From: Fonticula alba ATCC 38817
Lineage: Eukaryota > Protista > Nucleariida
NCBI GenBank assembly: GCA_000388065.2
Contig: KB932201.1
Length of the DNA: 64,000 nucleotides
Strand: one strand, 5' to 3'
The translations under genes were made by a program, and so were the position numbers. Shown here piece after piece: positions 11,551 through 23,650 of the stretch (positions are counted from its first letter, which is position 1; every line of letters starts with the position of its first letter). The notes beneath the pieces are model-generated. The model was given only the letters and a program-made list of their open reading frames with translations, searched no databases and was not told where the DNA came from.

Positions 11551-12536
11551 TCAATCCAGGGAGTCGCGGGTGGTCAGACGAACCGACCCGGGAGCCACGC
11601 CCTCATAGATGTGCCCTTCGGCCTTGAGGAACTCAATGCCCTCGCTCAGCTGCGCCGGCGAAAAGTTGGGCATCTTCTCCGAGAGATAGGAGAAGGGGAT
11701 CTCGATGTCATCGGCCTCGGCAATGAAGTGCAGCAGGGCCATGTGCGTGGGCTGCATTTGCTTGACGGCGGCCGGGCCGCCGGCCTGCATGCCATAGTCG
11801 TGGGCATTGGTGGCGGTGGTGGTGGTGGTGGCGGCGGCGGCGGCGGCGGCCGAGGGGGCTGACGCGGCCGGGGCCCCGCCACCGCCGACCAGCGGCTTGG
11901 ACTCGGCCGCCTCGCCAGTGGGGACATTGGTGCGCATGCGACCGACCGGGCCGCGCGTGCGGTACAGATGTCCATGGATGGTCTCCAGCAAGTGGTAGGT
12001 AACCTCGTTGAAGTCGGTCACCGGGCGGATGTGGCTGATGTTGATGCTCTTGCGCTTGTCGAAGACGCGCAGGTTCCCATACACATGAACATAGGTGCCC
12101 TCCGGCAGGCTGGGAGCCTGCTCCTCGATGGCCGCATCGCCATCCCCGGCATCACGGTCCAGCCACTTGCGCATGTCAATGGACCCGGTGCTGTCCTCCA
12201 CCAGGTAGGTGACCGTGGTGGTGGTCTCCCGCACCGCGCGGATGACACCGATGATTGACAGAATGTGGATGGTCTGCCCGTCGATCTGCATGCTCCCGTC
12301 GGAATCCACCATCTTGGACACGTCAATGTCCACCAGCTGCTTGATGGTCACCGGCAGGACGGAGTTGTGGCCGAGAATGCCACGCGGGGCATCGGACGGG
12401 CGCTGCTGGCCGAAGCCCCCGCCCGAAGAGCCATCCAGAGAGGGAGAGGACATGCTCGGCGAGTTGCCATAGTCGCCCTGATGCGAGAGGAAGCCGCCAC
12501 CACCGCCGCCGCCCATGGAGCCGCCATCGTACATGT

Positions 12537-12567
<31 letters not shown>

Positions 12568-12705
12568 GAAGTAGCCACCGCCGCCGCCGCCGCCGCCGCC
12601 ACCGGAGTTGAAGCGTGGCATGCCGCCGCCGCCGCCGCCGCCGCCAAAGCCGCCGGAGCCGAAGCCGCCGCGGCCAGAGTGACCACCAGAGCCAAAGCCA
12701 GACAT
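11551..12705 (-). CDS. RPA2: Replication protein A 32 kDa subunit (RPA2/Rfa2), intronless
   Basis: GGGGFLS motif; OB fold PVTIKQL...SIIGVIR...TYLVEDSTGSIDMRKW...YVHVYGNLRVF...HIRPVTDFNEVTYHLLETIH; C-terminal winged helix ending IEFLKAEGHIY. Confidence 0.96.
12500..12690. repeat. (GCC)n trinucleotide runs encoding poly-Gly in the RPA2 N-terminus
   Basis: Several GCC runs on the plus strand, read as GGC (Gly) in RPA2. Confidence 0.85.
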
Positions 12706-13933
12706 GCTGTGCTTGCGCGAGAAGGGAAGAGGCCGAGAGGGAGGAAGGACAGGAGGCGGGGAGGGAGAGAGGGGGAGACCAAAGGAGCGTAAGTTAGCTG
12801 GCGCGACTGAAGGGACGCCGAGGCGCGAAAAGAAGGGGGACGCACATGTCTAAATCTCCAAGGGGGTGTTGGAGGGGGTACAAAAGGGGGTACGTTGAAG
12901 CCGTGACCCGAGGATGATCTGAATGTGTCCTGGACGCTTGGGTGCAAGAGCGTGTGAAGTAGGCCGTCTAGCCAGGGAAGAAGGGAAGAGGGAAAAGGGA
13001 GGGAGAGATCTTGCAATGAGCGGAGGGGAATGATGTTACGGGCAGCCTGACCTGCAACATTCCCCCTTGCCTGCATTTATAGCACACACTGATGGCATAT
13101 CACAGCCGCCGTCTCTCCGCCCACGGCGGCGGAAGGGAGGGGGCGAAGGCAGGAGGGCATCTGTATTCCCCCCCCACCCCCATCGAGTCACGCTCCCCGA
13201 CGGGAGCCTGGACGGCATTCGGCAGAGAAGCCCGCGCGTTCGGAGCATGCGGAAGGGTGGGCGGCACGCGTTTTTGGAAAGCCCGTGGCGCCACCCCCTG
13301 CGTAACCGCTAGACGCCTGAGCTGCCATTGCTCCCGTCCCGCGTGTCCAGCTGCCAGCGAAGAGCGTGTACATGCGCTGGGACTTGGCTAGATCCGCCCG
13401 CCCTCGCACATGGTGCGATCCAGCGTGGCGGCCGCCCCCCCCCCCCCCCCCCGCGGAGCCCCCGCGGGGGGGCGGCCGCCCCCGGCGTCGCAGCCACAGC
13501 CACCGCCTGGCCGCCCGGCCGCCCGGAAGGCGCGCCACTTCCAGGCCTCCTTCCACTCGGGGCGCGCGCACCTCGTCAGTGAGCGCCGGCGCACGGCCGA
13601 CATAGCCCTGTCAGCAGGGGACCCCCCCCCGGCCGGAGGACCCCAGGGCGGAGGTGTGTCTGGGTGGGTGTGTGCGGGGCCGCCTCCTCCTCCCCCCCCG
13701 GCAGGGCGAGATCCGGGGCCTTGTATTTCTGATCCGCAATTGTCGCGCTCGGGCCTCTGGGCTGCGCTTACACCCGGTCCCTGCAACAGGGCTCGTCTAC
13801 CACCCCCCCCCCCCCACCTCCTTCACACGCATAGCGCGCACACGCAGACACACATACACAAATCCTCCCCCTCGGCCATTGCCCTTCCTCCCTCCTCCCT
13901 CTCCCCGCTCCCCTCCTCCCCTCGCCGCCCCAC

Positions 13934-16900
13934 ATGGCCTCTGCGGCCCCATTCACCCCCCCAGCTTGGCTGCCGGTCGAGGGCGATGCACACTTCCGCT
14001 GCTCCCTCGACCAGTCATGCCACTTGGCAGTCGAATCTGGCCAGGCGCCCTTGCGGCAGTGGGCCACCGACCTGCAGGCAGCTTTGCGTCTGGACCTGTC
14101 CAAGGCCTCCGGGCAGATTGGTCGCCTGGCAGATGCCGTGGGTCTTGTGAGCCGGGCCCCGGCCCCGGAGGCGGATCTCTTCGGGTCCACGACGGCCGAG
14201 CAGTTTGCCTTCCACTTCGCCGGGCTGGTCAGTGCCTGCTTCTTCAGCACCGATCAGTCGAAAATCCGCCGGCCGCTGCTGGCCCTGATGGGCAATCTCC
14301 TGCGCGCGGTCGCCCGGTCCGAGGCCCCGCCCGAGTGGGCTCCCTCTGTGGCCCCGCTGGCCGTGGTCGAGGCCCTGCCCGGGGCCCTGCGCCTGGCGGC
14401 CGACTATGCCGGGCCCCGGAGCCAGCTGGTCGCGGCCGGCATCCTCCTGACCGTCGACCGACTGGTTCTCGGTCGGGAAGTCCCGCTGCCCGCTGCGGCC
14501 GCTGTGACTCCGGCCGAGGTGCTTGCCGGGCCGGGCCCGATCACTTCGATTCTGCCTCGGCTCACTACATTGGACGCTCTGAAGCTCCTGGCATCTGCCG
14601 CCTTCGAAGAGCCGATTGGCGTGGCCGTCATCCAAAACCGCTTCGCCGCCTGCCTGGGCCTGCTTGCTGGGCAGCTGGACGCGGCGGCGGCCTCGCTGGC
14701 AGGCACGGCCGACCCGGGGGCCCCGGTGCTCGCTGTCCAGGCCCTCCACATCCAGGCCATGTCCGGCGTCCTGCAAACCCTGTTCCGTCAGATCCCCGGT
14801 CACCAGGAATACGGGCGCCTGCTCGGTGCCCCGGGCTTGGTCCATGGCACGGAGCCGGAGGAGCCCCCCGGCGCCCAGGCCGATGGGGATATTGTGCCGG
14901 GGCTCCTGGCTCGCATTGTGATTGGCACGCGTGCCCTTTGCATGACTCGATCGGAGCACGTCCCGGCCAACATGGTGTTCCACCTGTCGATGCTGTGCGG
15001 GCAGATTGTCTCCTGTCCCGGGTGGTCGATGGCGGTCCGGGCGTCTGGCGGCGCCCTGCCGGCGCCTGTGACCGCGGGCGTCGCGCACTCGGATGCGCTG
15101 GTCTTTGACCAGCTTCTGCTGGCCCATCTGGGCGACATGCGCCCGGCCGCGGGCTTGGCCATCCTGCGAGGCATGTTTGGGGGCCTGCCGCGGGCGGCCC
15201 TGCTGAGCGAGGACGCCGGGCTGCTGGCCGTGCGACTGCCCCGAGTGCTGGGGGACTTCGCCGGGCGTGGTCTCGAGGGCGAGGATTCGACCCAGCTGCA
15301 AAGTGTCCTGGCTGACTGGACCAGCGAACTCCTGCGCCTGGCCCGGCAGACCGGCCCGGCTGACAAGCAACCCTCCGGCCGCCGGGCTGGCGGCACCCCG
15401 GCCAAGGCGCCGACCGACCTGCCAGCCGGCTTTGCCTTTGCCGACTGCCAGGCCCTGCTGCAGGGGGCCGGTCTCGGCTGGGTGTTGGACTATGTGATCC
15501 AGGTGTGGGACAACTCCCTGGCCAATGCCGCCGCGCCGAGCATTCGCACCACCCTGTCCAACCTCCTGTCGCTGATGCCCTTCCTGCCGGCGGCCGCCGA
15601 AGGTGGCACCTTCGGCCCGCAGGCCTTCCTTTCGCGCATCCTCTCGCTGGGGTGGCACTCAAAGGTACCATGCCACGGCCGATCCCATGCTCTCACCATC
15701 CCACCTGTGCATGTATGCTGATGCTGCGCCCTGCCCTTTCTCTGTTTTTCCCCTCTTTTCTGCCTTTTGCTGTTCCCCTTTCCCTCCCTGGCTCGCCACC
15801 CTCCCAGGCCATGTACAAGGCTCTGCGCCTGGCCATTGCCCACATCGACCTGCTGGCCTTCGAGGACACCTATCGCGCTGTGGTGGCCGGCACCCTGGCC
15901 GCCTTCACCACGTACACCCAGTGCGCCTTCCTGGCCAGCGACCTGCTGGAGGGGTGCCTGCAACTGGCGGCCAAGTCCGTGTCCGACCCGGCGGCCCGTC
16001 GGGCCGTGGTCATGGGCTGGATCCGGCCCATTGTGGACATCATCCTGCAGGAGCACTCGGCCGAGACCCGGCGTGACATCGAGACCTACTGTCTGCGGAT
16101 TGTTCTGCGCGTGGCCCCGGAGAATTTGATCCTCCTGCTGGAGGAGGTTCTGGCCCGCGAGCCAGGGCTGACGCCTCATGCCTTTGCCCGGGCCCCGAAC
16201 CAGCCGTGGTCCTGGCTCAGTGCCCTGGTGGCCCTGGTGCGCCTGGGTCGCGAGGAGTCCCTCCTGGACATGGGCATGTTCTCCGAGGCCCTGGGGGTGG
16301 ATCATCCCTTTGTGAGCATCCTCCCGCCGTTGACGCCCGAGGAGGAGGCTGCGGCAGCCGAGCAGCCGGAGGACCCAACGGTTGAGGGGCCGCGCCGACT
16401 TCCGCGCGCGGGTGCCGCCAAACTCCGGCAGATTTTCTCCCTCGGCCGGCCGGTGGTGTCCTACTTCCTGCTGGAGCAGGCCCTCTCGGTGTCGAATTCC
16501 TTCACGCGTCTCGGTGCGCTGGGGATCATTTGCAACAGCCACAAGATCGAGGTACCCTTTGGCGTGTCAATGCCCCTCCTCGCCTTGCCCGCCTGCCCTC
16601 CTGCGGCCTTTGCGCTGCCTGTGCTCCCTCCCTCCTCTCCTTGCCGCCTGGGCGCCGCTTTCTGCGATCTCCTTCGTCCTGCCTCGGAGCTCAGGCTCTT
16701 CCTAACCTCATCCCCCGCGGCCATTCCTTCCGGTCCGCCCCTTCTCGCCCCCCCCCCTCTTGTAGCCTCTGTCGCCTCGGGAGACCCACCTCCTTCTGCG
16801 CGTGTACTTGCCGAATGCGCTGCAAGAGTCGTCGACGGAATTCCGCCACGAGCAGTCGATCCTGCTGGGCCGGCTCTTCCGCCGGGTGCGGGACTCCTAC

Positions 16901-19900
16901 TACTCGCTGCACTACCGCCGGCGGCGGCAGTGCGACCGGGACGGCGGGTCGCTGACCCCAGCCGAGGCCCGTCGCGTGGCCGACCTGGATGCGGCGATTG
17001 CCCGGACCGAGGCCTTTGTGACGGATTTGCTGCGGTTCTTTGTTGGACGTCTGCAGCCGGGCGCCCGATTCCAGCAGGTGTCCACCTGCCTGGATTGGCT
17101 ACACGCGCTGGTGCCCACACTGGGGATTGCCTCTGGCCAGGATATGCCCCTTCCGAGCACGGTCCAGTCCAATCTGGCCGGCTGGCGTCTGCCAGTGGTG
17201 GACCCGGTTTCCGGCAAGTCCATCATTCGCACCGAGCCCCCCGGAGGCGGGATCACCGAGGCGGATGTCCTGCGGCTGACCTTCGCCCTGTGCAGCGACC
17301 CCGCGGACCCGGATCGGCAGGCGGCCGAGCAGCAATCCCTGCTGACGGCCCTGGTGGCGGTTCTCCTGGACACGGCGCTCTTTGACACGTACCGCCGGAC
17401 CCAGGGCCAGGCCCTGGGGCTTCTTCGGCAGATGCACGCCCCGTGGCCCGGTGTCAGCACGCCTGCCATGGCATCCGTCTACTTCGCCTCGGCCTTCCGT
17501 GTGGCGGTGCACAACACTCGCGGCCAGCCGAGCGACGCGGCGGCCGGCGTGCTGGGGCTTCTCTTTGAGAAGTACATCATCGGTTTGGGCTGGCGTCTGG
17601 CCGGGATTGAGCCGGCCGCCCGCGTGGCGGACACCCCCGGGCCTGGCGAAGATGAGGACCCGGTGCGGCATTCGCTGGACCAATTGCTCGGGGCCCTGGA
17701 GGCCGATGCCGCCATGGCTCGAGGCGATCTTTGGGAGGCGAGCCAGCGTCGGCCGGCCTTCGGCACGCTCAATGTCACGCGTGGCCTGCTGGCCCATGTG
17801 AACCTGGCGGGCGTCCAGGCGGGCACCCCGGCTGGTCGGGCCTGGTCGGGCCTCCTTCTGCGCCTGACCACCAGCCTGGTTCAGCAGATTGAGGCTTGTC
17901 GCGAGCCGCTGTCGGTCCCGGCGCCGGAGGGCAACTCGGCGGCCGATGTGACTCAACTCCCGGGAGCCGAGGGGGACTTCCCGCACCCGGGCCTCGGGGA
18001 TGAGGACATGACTGCCGGGGATGTGAGCGACGACGAGTCGCCGGATGCCGACCAAACTGGTGGCTGGCACCAGGTCCTGACGAGTGTTTGCTGGCGCAGT
18101 ATCAAGGCTGCATGGTGCGCTCGCTCCCTCCTCCTCCTCCTCCTTCCGTTCCTGCTCCTCTTGCTGGCCTCCCCTTTTCCCTCATCCTGGCCAAGATGGA
18201 CACTGTCCGGCCTTGTGCCATCGGCCAGATGCTGGCTTTGTTATTGACTGCCGCCCGGCTTCCCCTCCCCCCCCCCCCCCCCCCACTAGTGCCCTGCTTG
18301 TGGAGCTGCTCTCGCGTGCTGGGCATTTGATGGCCCCCCACAGCTTGGCTGATGTGACGCGGTACTTTGTCAGTCTCCTGCTGACAATGCGCCATATTGG
18401 TGGCATTTCGGCCCTCTACACCAACCTGGCTGAGCTGTTCCTGCTTCTGGGCCAGGGCGGCCCCTCGGTCAAGGGGGTGCTCGATCTGCCCCCTGCCGAA
18501 GTGGCTGAGGCCCCCTATTTCGGCTTGGTGGCAGGGCCCACCTTCATCGGGGCTGATAGCGCAATTGCTTGGGTCCTGCCGGCTGCCCTGCTTGCCCCCG
18601 AGGCGGCGGCCGCCCTTCACCACCCGACGTCGGACCCCCGGCCGATCACCTTCTTTGAGTTGGTGCGCGCCGGGTTCGAGCGGCTCCTCTTCGCTGGCAA
18701 GAGCCTGTCCATCACCCGGCGCTCTGCCGGCTTGCCGGTCATGTTCCGGATTCTGGTACGCACATGGAGCTGGCACGGCAGGGCGGGGTGTTCTGCCGGG
18801 GGGGGGGGGGGGGGGGAGGGGCTCGGGAGCATTCGGCCTTTGCTTTGCACATTTGACACTCGAGCGTGTCCTCTCTTTTTTGTCCCTCGTCTGTTTTTAT
18901 TTTGGTCTTATTTTTCCTGCTTCGCCGTCCTCCTGCTCACCTTCGACATGGCCCCTGTCCGGCCCTTGCGAATGCCTGTAGTTTGCACCGATCCTCCATA
19001 CCCCCGAGGGGCAGGCCCTGCTGCGGACCACCATCCGCACGCTGCTGGACATTGCTCGGTGGCCTGCGCGCGATACGGCCTCGGGCATGAACTTCCCCCA
19101 GGTCCACTCGTTGAATGTCCTTCATGGCATGGCGGTGCACTCGTCCTTCGCCACTCTCATCGAGCCTTTCATTTCGGACGCCTTTGAGCTGTCCATCACG
19201 CACTTCAGCTCGCAGTGGTGGGTTTCCCCTTGTCGGGCCCCGGCTTTGCTCACGCTCACTCTCCCCGCACCCGACTGACGCTTTGTCTCGCATGCCGCCG
19301 CCGCTGCCCTCCCCCCTCCCCCCTCCCTACGTCAAGCTGGGACATTCGTAACTCCGGCATGATGCTCTTCAGCGCCCTGCTTGGGCGCGTGTTCGGCCCG
19401 GCCAAGAACCTCCCCCAGTCCGACGGGGAGCTGACCCTCTGCTCGTTCCCGCACACAAGCGCCTCGGATGCCGCGGCCGGGCGCCTGCATCATGATGCCC
19501 TGGCCACGGTGGACTTTGAGGCGCCGGCCATCCCGGCGGCCTCCAGCCATCGACTGACCGCGTGGAAGTTCTTCAGCCAGCACCCCCAGCTGCTGGCCTT
19601 CGTGGGCAAGCATGTAGCCATGGCTGTGAATGAGCTGGCCCCGAGCACCGGTGGAGCGGACACCGTGAACGTGGCCGTCCCTCAGCCGGGCCGCTCGCTC
19701 TTCCCCATCCTGTCGCTGCTGTCGCGCTTTGCTCCTGTCCTTGACCAGTCGAGCCTCGCCGGGACCGAGTCTCAGCCGCCGGCCGGCATGATTTCCGACT
19801 CGAGCAGCTCCGGCACTGCTGCCTCCCCCAACTTGGCGGCGGTCCTCTCGTCGGATGAGCTGGCAACCCTGCTGGCCACGCTGTCGCGCGATCTGCTGAC

Positions 19901-22402
19901 TTGTGCTCGGGGCGGGACCTACTGGCTCTTGCGCGGGGTGGCTGTCCGAGCTGTGACCGCCATCGTGCCGGCCGGTGCCCTCATGGGACAGATCGTTCTC
20001 CCGGCGGCGGATGCCCTCCGCCAGGATCTGTCCTCCTGCTCCTCCTCCTCCGGGGTGGCTTGCCCGAATGCCCTGCACGGGGCGGCGCTTGCCATCAAGA
20101 TGGCCGCCCAGCGCCTTCTCCCGCTGGTTTCGTCGGCCGCTGCACTCCAGGGTACGTCGGAAGCATGTGCCAAAAAGGGTCTTTGCACCGGCTGCCATTG
20201 GTGTTGGGTTTCTTTCTCGATGTGCCCCTTGCATCTAACACCCCCGATCCCTCTTCTTCTTCCTCTTCTTCTTCTTCCTCCTCTTCCTCCTCTTCCTCTT
20301 CTTCCTCCTCTTCCTCCTCTTCCTCTTCCTCCTCTTCCTCTTCCTCCTCTTCCTCTTCCTCCTCTTCCTCTTCCTCCTCTTCCTCCTCTTCTTCGACTCC
20401 TTGCTCCCCCTCTCCCGTCACAGATATCGCCACCAGTCTGTGCACTGTGCTGGCTGAGCTGCTGGCATTGACCGGCAATTCCATGGCTCCGGCCGTGGCT
20501 CCAGCCCATACGGCCCTGCTGGACACGGCCCTGCTGGTCCTCCACTACCTCCCTCAGTGGCTGGAGGCGGCGGCGGCCGGGGCGCCGGTGCCGGATGTCG
20601 CCGCCATGGCTCTCGCCGCCCTGGCGGCCGAGGTAGACCGCGCGGCCGAGCACCCGGCCCTGGTTCGGCTGCTGGTGCGCCTGGTCGACCCGCGAAGCAT
20701 GGCCCGCCGGCCTGATGGCCCGGTAGTCCCGGGGTTGGATTTGATGCTGGCGAGCACGGCACGGGCTTTTGTCTTCCGGCACATTTGGGGCCCCGGGGCC
20801 ACGGGCGCCGGGCCACTTTCCGAGGACTTGGCCCTGGCGGTGGCGGCCCTGGCTGGCTGTGCCCCACGCGCGGGGGACCTTGCTGCTGGGGCTTGGTCTC
20901 CGACACAGGGCGACTTGCTCCGCTCCCGCCTGTTGCCGCTGTATGCCATGGCATCCCTCTCGGCGGCCGCCCGGCAGGAGGCCCTCTTTGCATTGGTCCA
21001 GCGCCTGCGCTTCGCCACCGCCTCGGCCACCTCCGCTGCCACCATGTCCACCAACCCGGGCTTCCTGGTCCTGGCCCGGCATCTGACTCGGCAGATTGTC
21101 GGCCAGCGCGAGCCGGTTCCCGAGGTGGCGGCCGTCCTGCTGGCGGCCCTGCACGCCCTGCTACATGTTGGCGGCATGGCCCTGGCAGCAGGCATCCGCT
21201 CCAGCCCCGGTGGGGACCTCCTCCAGCAGCTTGTGGCCAGCCAGCTGGCCGATCTGGAGGCCGGGGTGGCCGAGCAACGCGTCACGGCGGCCACCGCCCC
21301 CCAGCTGCATCTTCTGGCGGACCTCCTTGTCGGGGCTCTCGCCAACGGGGAGTCCATGTCGGGGGAGCAGGAGGCCCGGCTTTTCCGCTCGCTCGGGGCC
21401 CTCTGCTCGGAGCGCGGCCCGGCACGCGGCCGTCTGGCCGTCTGCCGGGCCCTGGTGGCCTTGCTGGCCGGGGCCGATCATCGGGCCTGGCCGCTCCTGC
21501 GGCCAGGGTCGCGTGCTGGCGCGGCCCTCTGCTTCCACTTGGCCCTCCTGCTGCAGGACGACTCGCAGACCGTTCGTGATGCGGCGCTCCTGGCGGCGAA
21601 CCTGTTGCCAGCGCTGGAGGTTGGCGCGGGCGCCGGCCCGGGCATCCCGCCTCTGGTGGCCCGGTCCCTGGCGGTCACCCGGCTGATGTGTCTTTCTGGG
21701 GCCCTCTGCCCGGGCGCCCTGCTGGATCTGGCTCTGGAGCACTTTGGCGTGACTGCCGCCCCCGCTGCCGGCGATGAAGCGGCCTGGGCCGGTCGCTTGC
21801 AGGAGGCCGGCCGCGAGCTGGCCACCAGTGCCCACCTCTGGGCCAGTGGCCAGCGCCCGGTCGATGACCGGGAGGCCACCGATGCACAGGAGCATCAGCC
21901 GAAGCAGTCGGCCACCGATGCGGGTGGCATCCGCCTGCCCTCGCTGCGTGGCTGCCAGCTTTTCATCCAGGAAGATGCCAACCTCTACCGGCAGCCGTCG
22001 CTCGATGCCAGTGCCATGGCCACGAGCATCGGGTTCGTGGCCGCGATGGCCGACCCGCCGGTGGATGTCCTCCGGCGCCTGGCTCTGCTGGTGATCCTGC
22101 TCAAGACCCAGGCCCTGCTGGCCCTGCCTCACCTCCAGGAGAATCCCCTGGTCCGGCAGTATGCCACCGACCGGCTGATCATCCTCGGCCAATTGGCCGG
22201 GACTTTGGCCAGCCTGCGAAACCGCTGGCCGGATCTCTTCCCCGCCGGGTTGGCTTGTGACGATGTGCTCCACATGGCCGCCAAGGATCGGGGCGACTCC
22301 TCGCCGCAGGCGCTCCTGGGTCGGCAGGTCCGCTTGGTTCTCCTCGCGGCCGACTCCTACATGAACACCGCCACCGCTTCCGCCCCCACCACCGCGCAGT
22401 AG
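13934..22402 (+). CDS. THADA: THADA/Trm732 armadillo-repeat tRNA 2'-O-methylation cofactor (DUF2428 family), multi-exon
   Basis: Family motifs VCWRSIK, SITRRSAGLP, PQVHSLNVL, CWDIRNSGMMLFSALLGRVFG, FFSQHPQL and LFPILSLLSRF appear in the expected order across spliced ORFs 13934-15665, 15809-16551, ~16766-18113, ~18289-18758, ~18981-19217, ~19337-20151 and 20423-22402. Internal exon limits are approximate. Confidence 0.9.
20251..20394. repeat. (CTT/CCT)n purine-pyrimidine microsatellite inside a THADA intron
   Basis: About 140 bp of CTCTTCCTC-type repeats between donor GTACGT (~20152) and acceptor CACAG (~20422). Confidence 0.9.
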
Positions 22403-23650
22403 ACTACGGACGGAGCTCGCCCCCAGAGTAAGTGTGTGTGTGTGAGAGAGAGATCCTTCTTTTCCCATTTGCGCTCTCCCCCACCCAAGATGCTGTTGCT
22501 TTCCTTCTCTCCCCCCCCCCCTCCCCCCCCCCCCCCGAACAGGGCGAGGCGCCCCTCGCAGGGGACGGAAATATACCCCTAGAACCACCTCGGCGGAGAC
22601 TTCAAGGAAGCCAGGCGGATAAGTGAATGTGACACGCACGTGACAGGCTCGTGGATTGCTTTTTTGCTCCCCGCCGGCCAGCCGTGCCTGCCCCGCTCGC
22701 GCGTGTGTGGGGACTCGGCGGGAGTGGCGCAGGGCTCTCGCAGATTCAGTCTTGTGTCGAAGGGGGGAAACTTGGACGGAGGCCACGCCGGAGATCTTAC
22801 CACTCTGGTTCGGGACCATTCTCGGCATGAAGAAGGGCGTATCGAACCAAGGGGGGGAGGCAGGAATGGCGTCACCTGTAAAGGGAGTACGGGAACTCGA
22901 CCGGGGGAAGTGTGCAGACAAGCAAAATAGAAAGCAGTTCCTGTAACACAGGGGGTCCGGTCTTGGAACAGAGAGGTTCGCAGCCTGGGCTGAGGCTTCA
23001 AAGGGGGCGCCTTGGTATGCCCTCCGATGCGCACAATCACCCGCCAAGGTCTCCTCACTCCCAGGAGGCTCCGAATGGGGGAGCCCCCCTTTTGGCTTCG
23101 GGTGGGTCGAGGGGTGGATGTGACAACCCCGCGTCCATGCCTGCCTGCCTCCTTTCCTGGGTCTCTGGCCCTGGACTGGGTGGCCTCTGGGCCGTCGTCG
23201 GTCACCGCATTTCACAGGTTGTGGAATGCTATTTGGGAATACCAAACTTCTTGGAGCCGAGCCCGTTCGATCTGTAACTCAGCCAAGGGGTTTTGGGAGA
23301 TAGCCCCACAGGCGGAGCGCCGGGGCGTGATCCTGCGGGAGGATGTGACCTGCAGTCCGCTGTCACTCGGCTAACCCACAACTAAGATGCCTGGGACGCC
23401 GCCCGTTGCAGCAGCCGCCTCAAGGGCCGGTGCGGAGGAGCATGCCCAACCGGGGGAATACCAATCCCCTCATCTGCCCTCCTGCCCCATCACGCATTTT
23501 CCCGCGTCCTTTGCCTCTCTCGCCCACAAGTTTGCCACTTTTTTTTCTGCCCCGACCTACGCCCAAACGCTTCGAAAGGAAGCTGCCACGCCCGGCTCGC
23601 GTCCTGCCTCCCGGGATCCGGCTGTCCCCCGGCGCCCCATTCATCAAGTC

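Noticed and set aside
13025-13065. Hairpin GGGGAATG...CATTCCCC with AUGA/UGA, SECIS- or snoRNA-like
   Set aside because: Too short, lacks the SECIS apical AA and stem geometry, and lies in a divergent promoter rather than a 3' UTR.
20095-20526. Poly-Glu ORF (minus) and poly-Ser/poly-LP tracts (plus)
   Set aside because: All derive from the CTT/CCT microsatellite lying between a GTACGT donor and a CAG acceptor of THADA, so they are intronic.
13934-22402. Very long antisense and alternate-frame ORFs overlapping real genes (e.g. 14015-15658 minus, 29702-32191 plus, 58558-61017 plus, 21161-23245 minus)
   Set aside because: Expected stop-codon scarcity in high-GC coding DNA; the translations are Arg/Gly/Pro/Gln-rich shadows with no motifs, while the opposite frame has clear homology.
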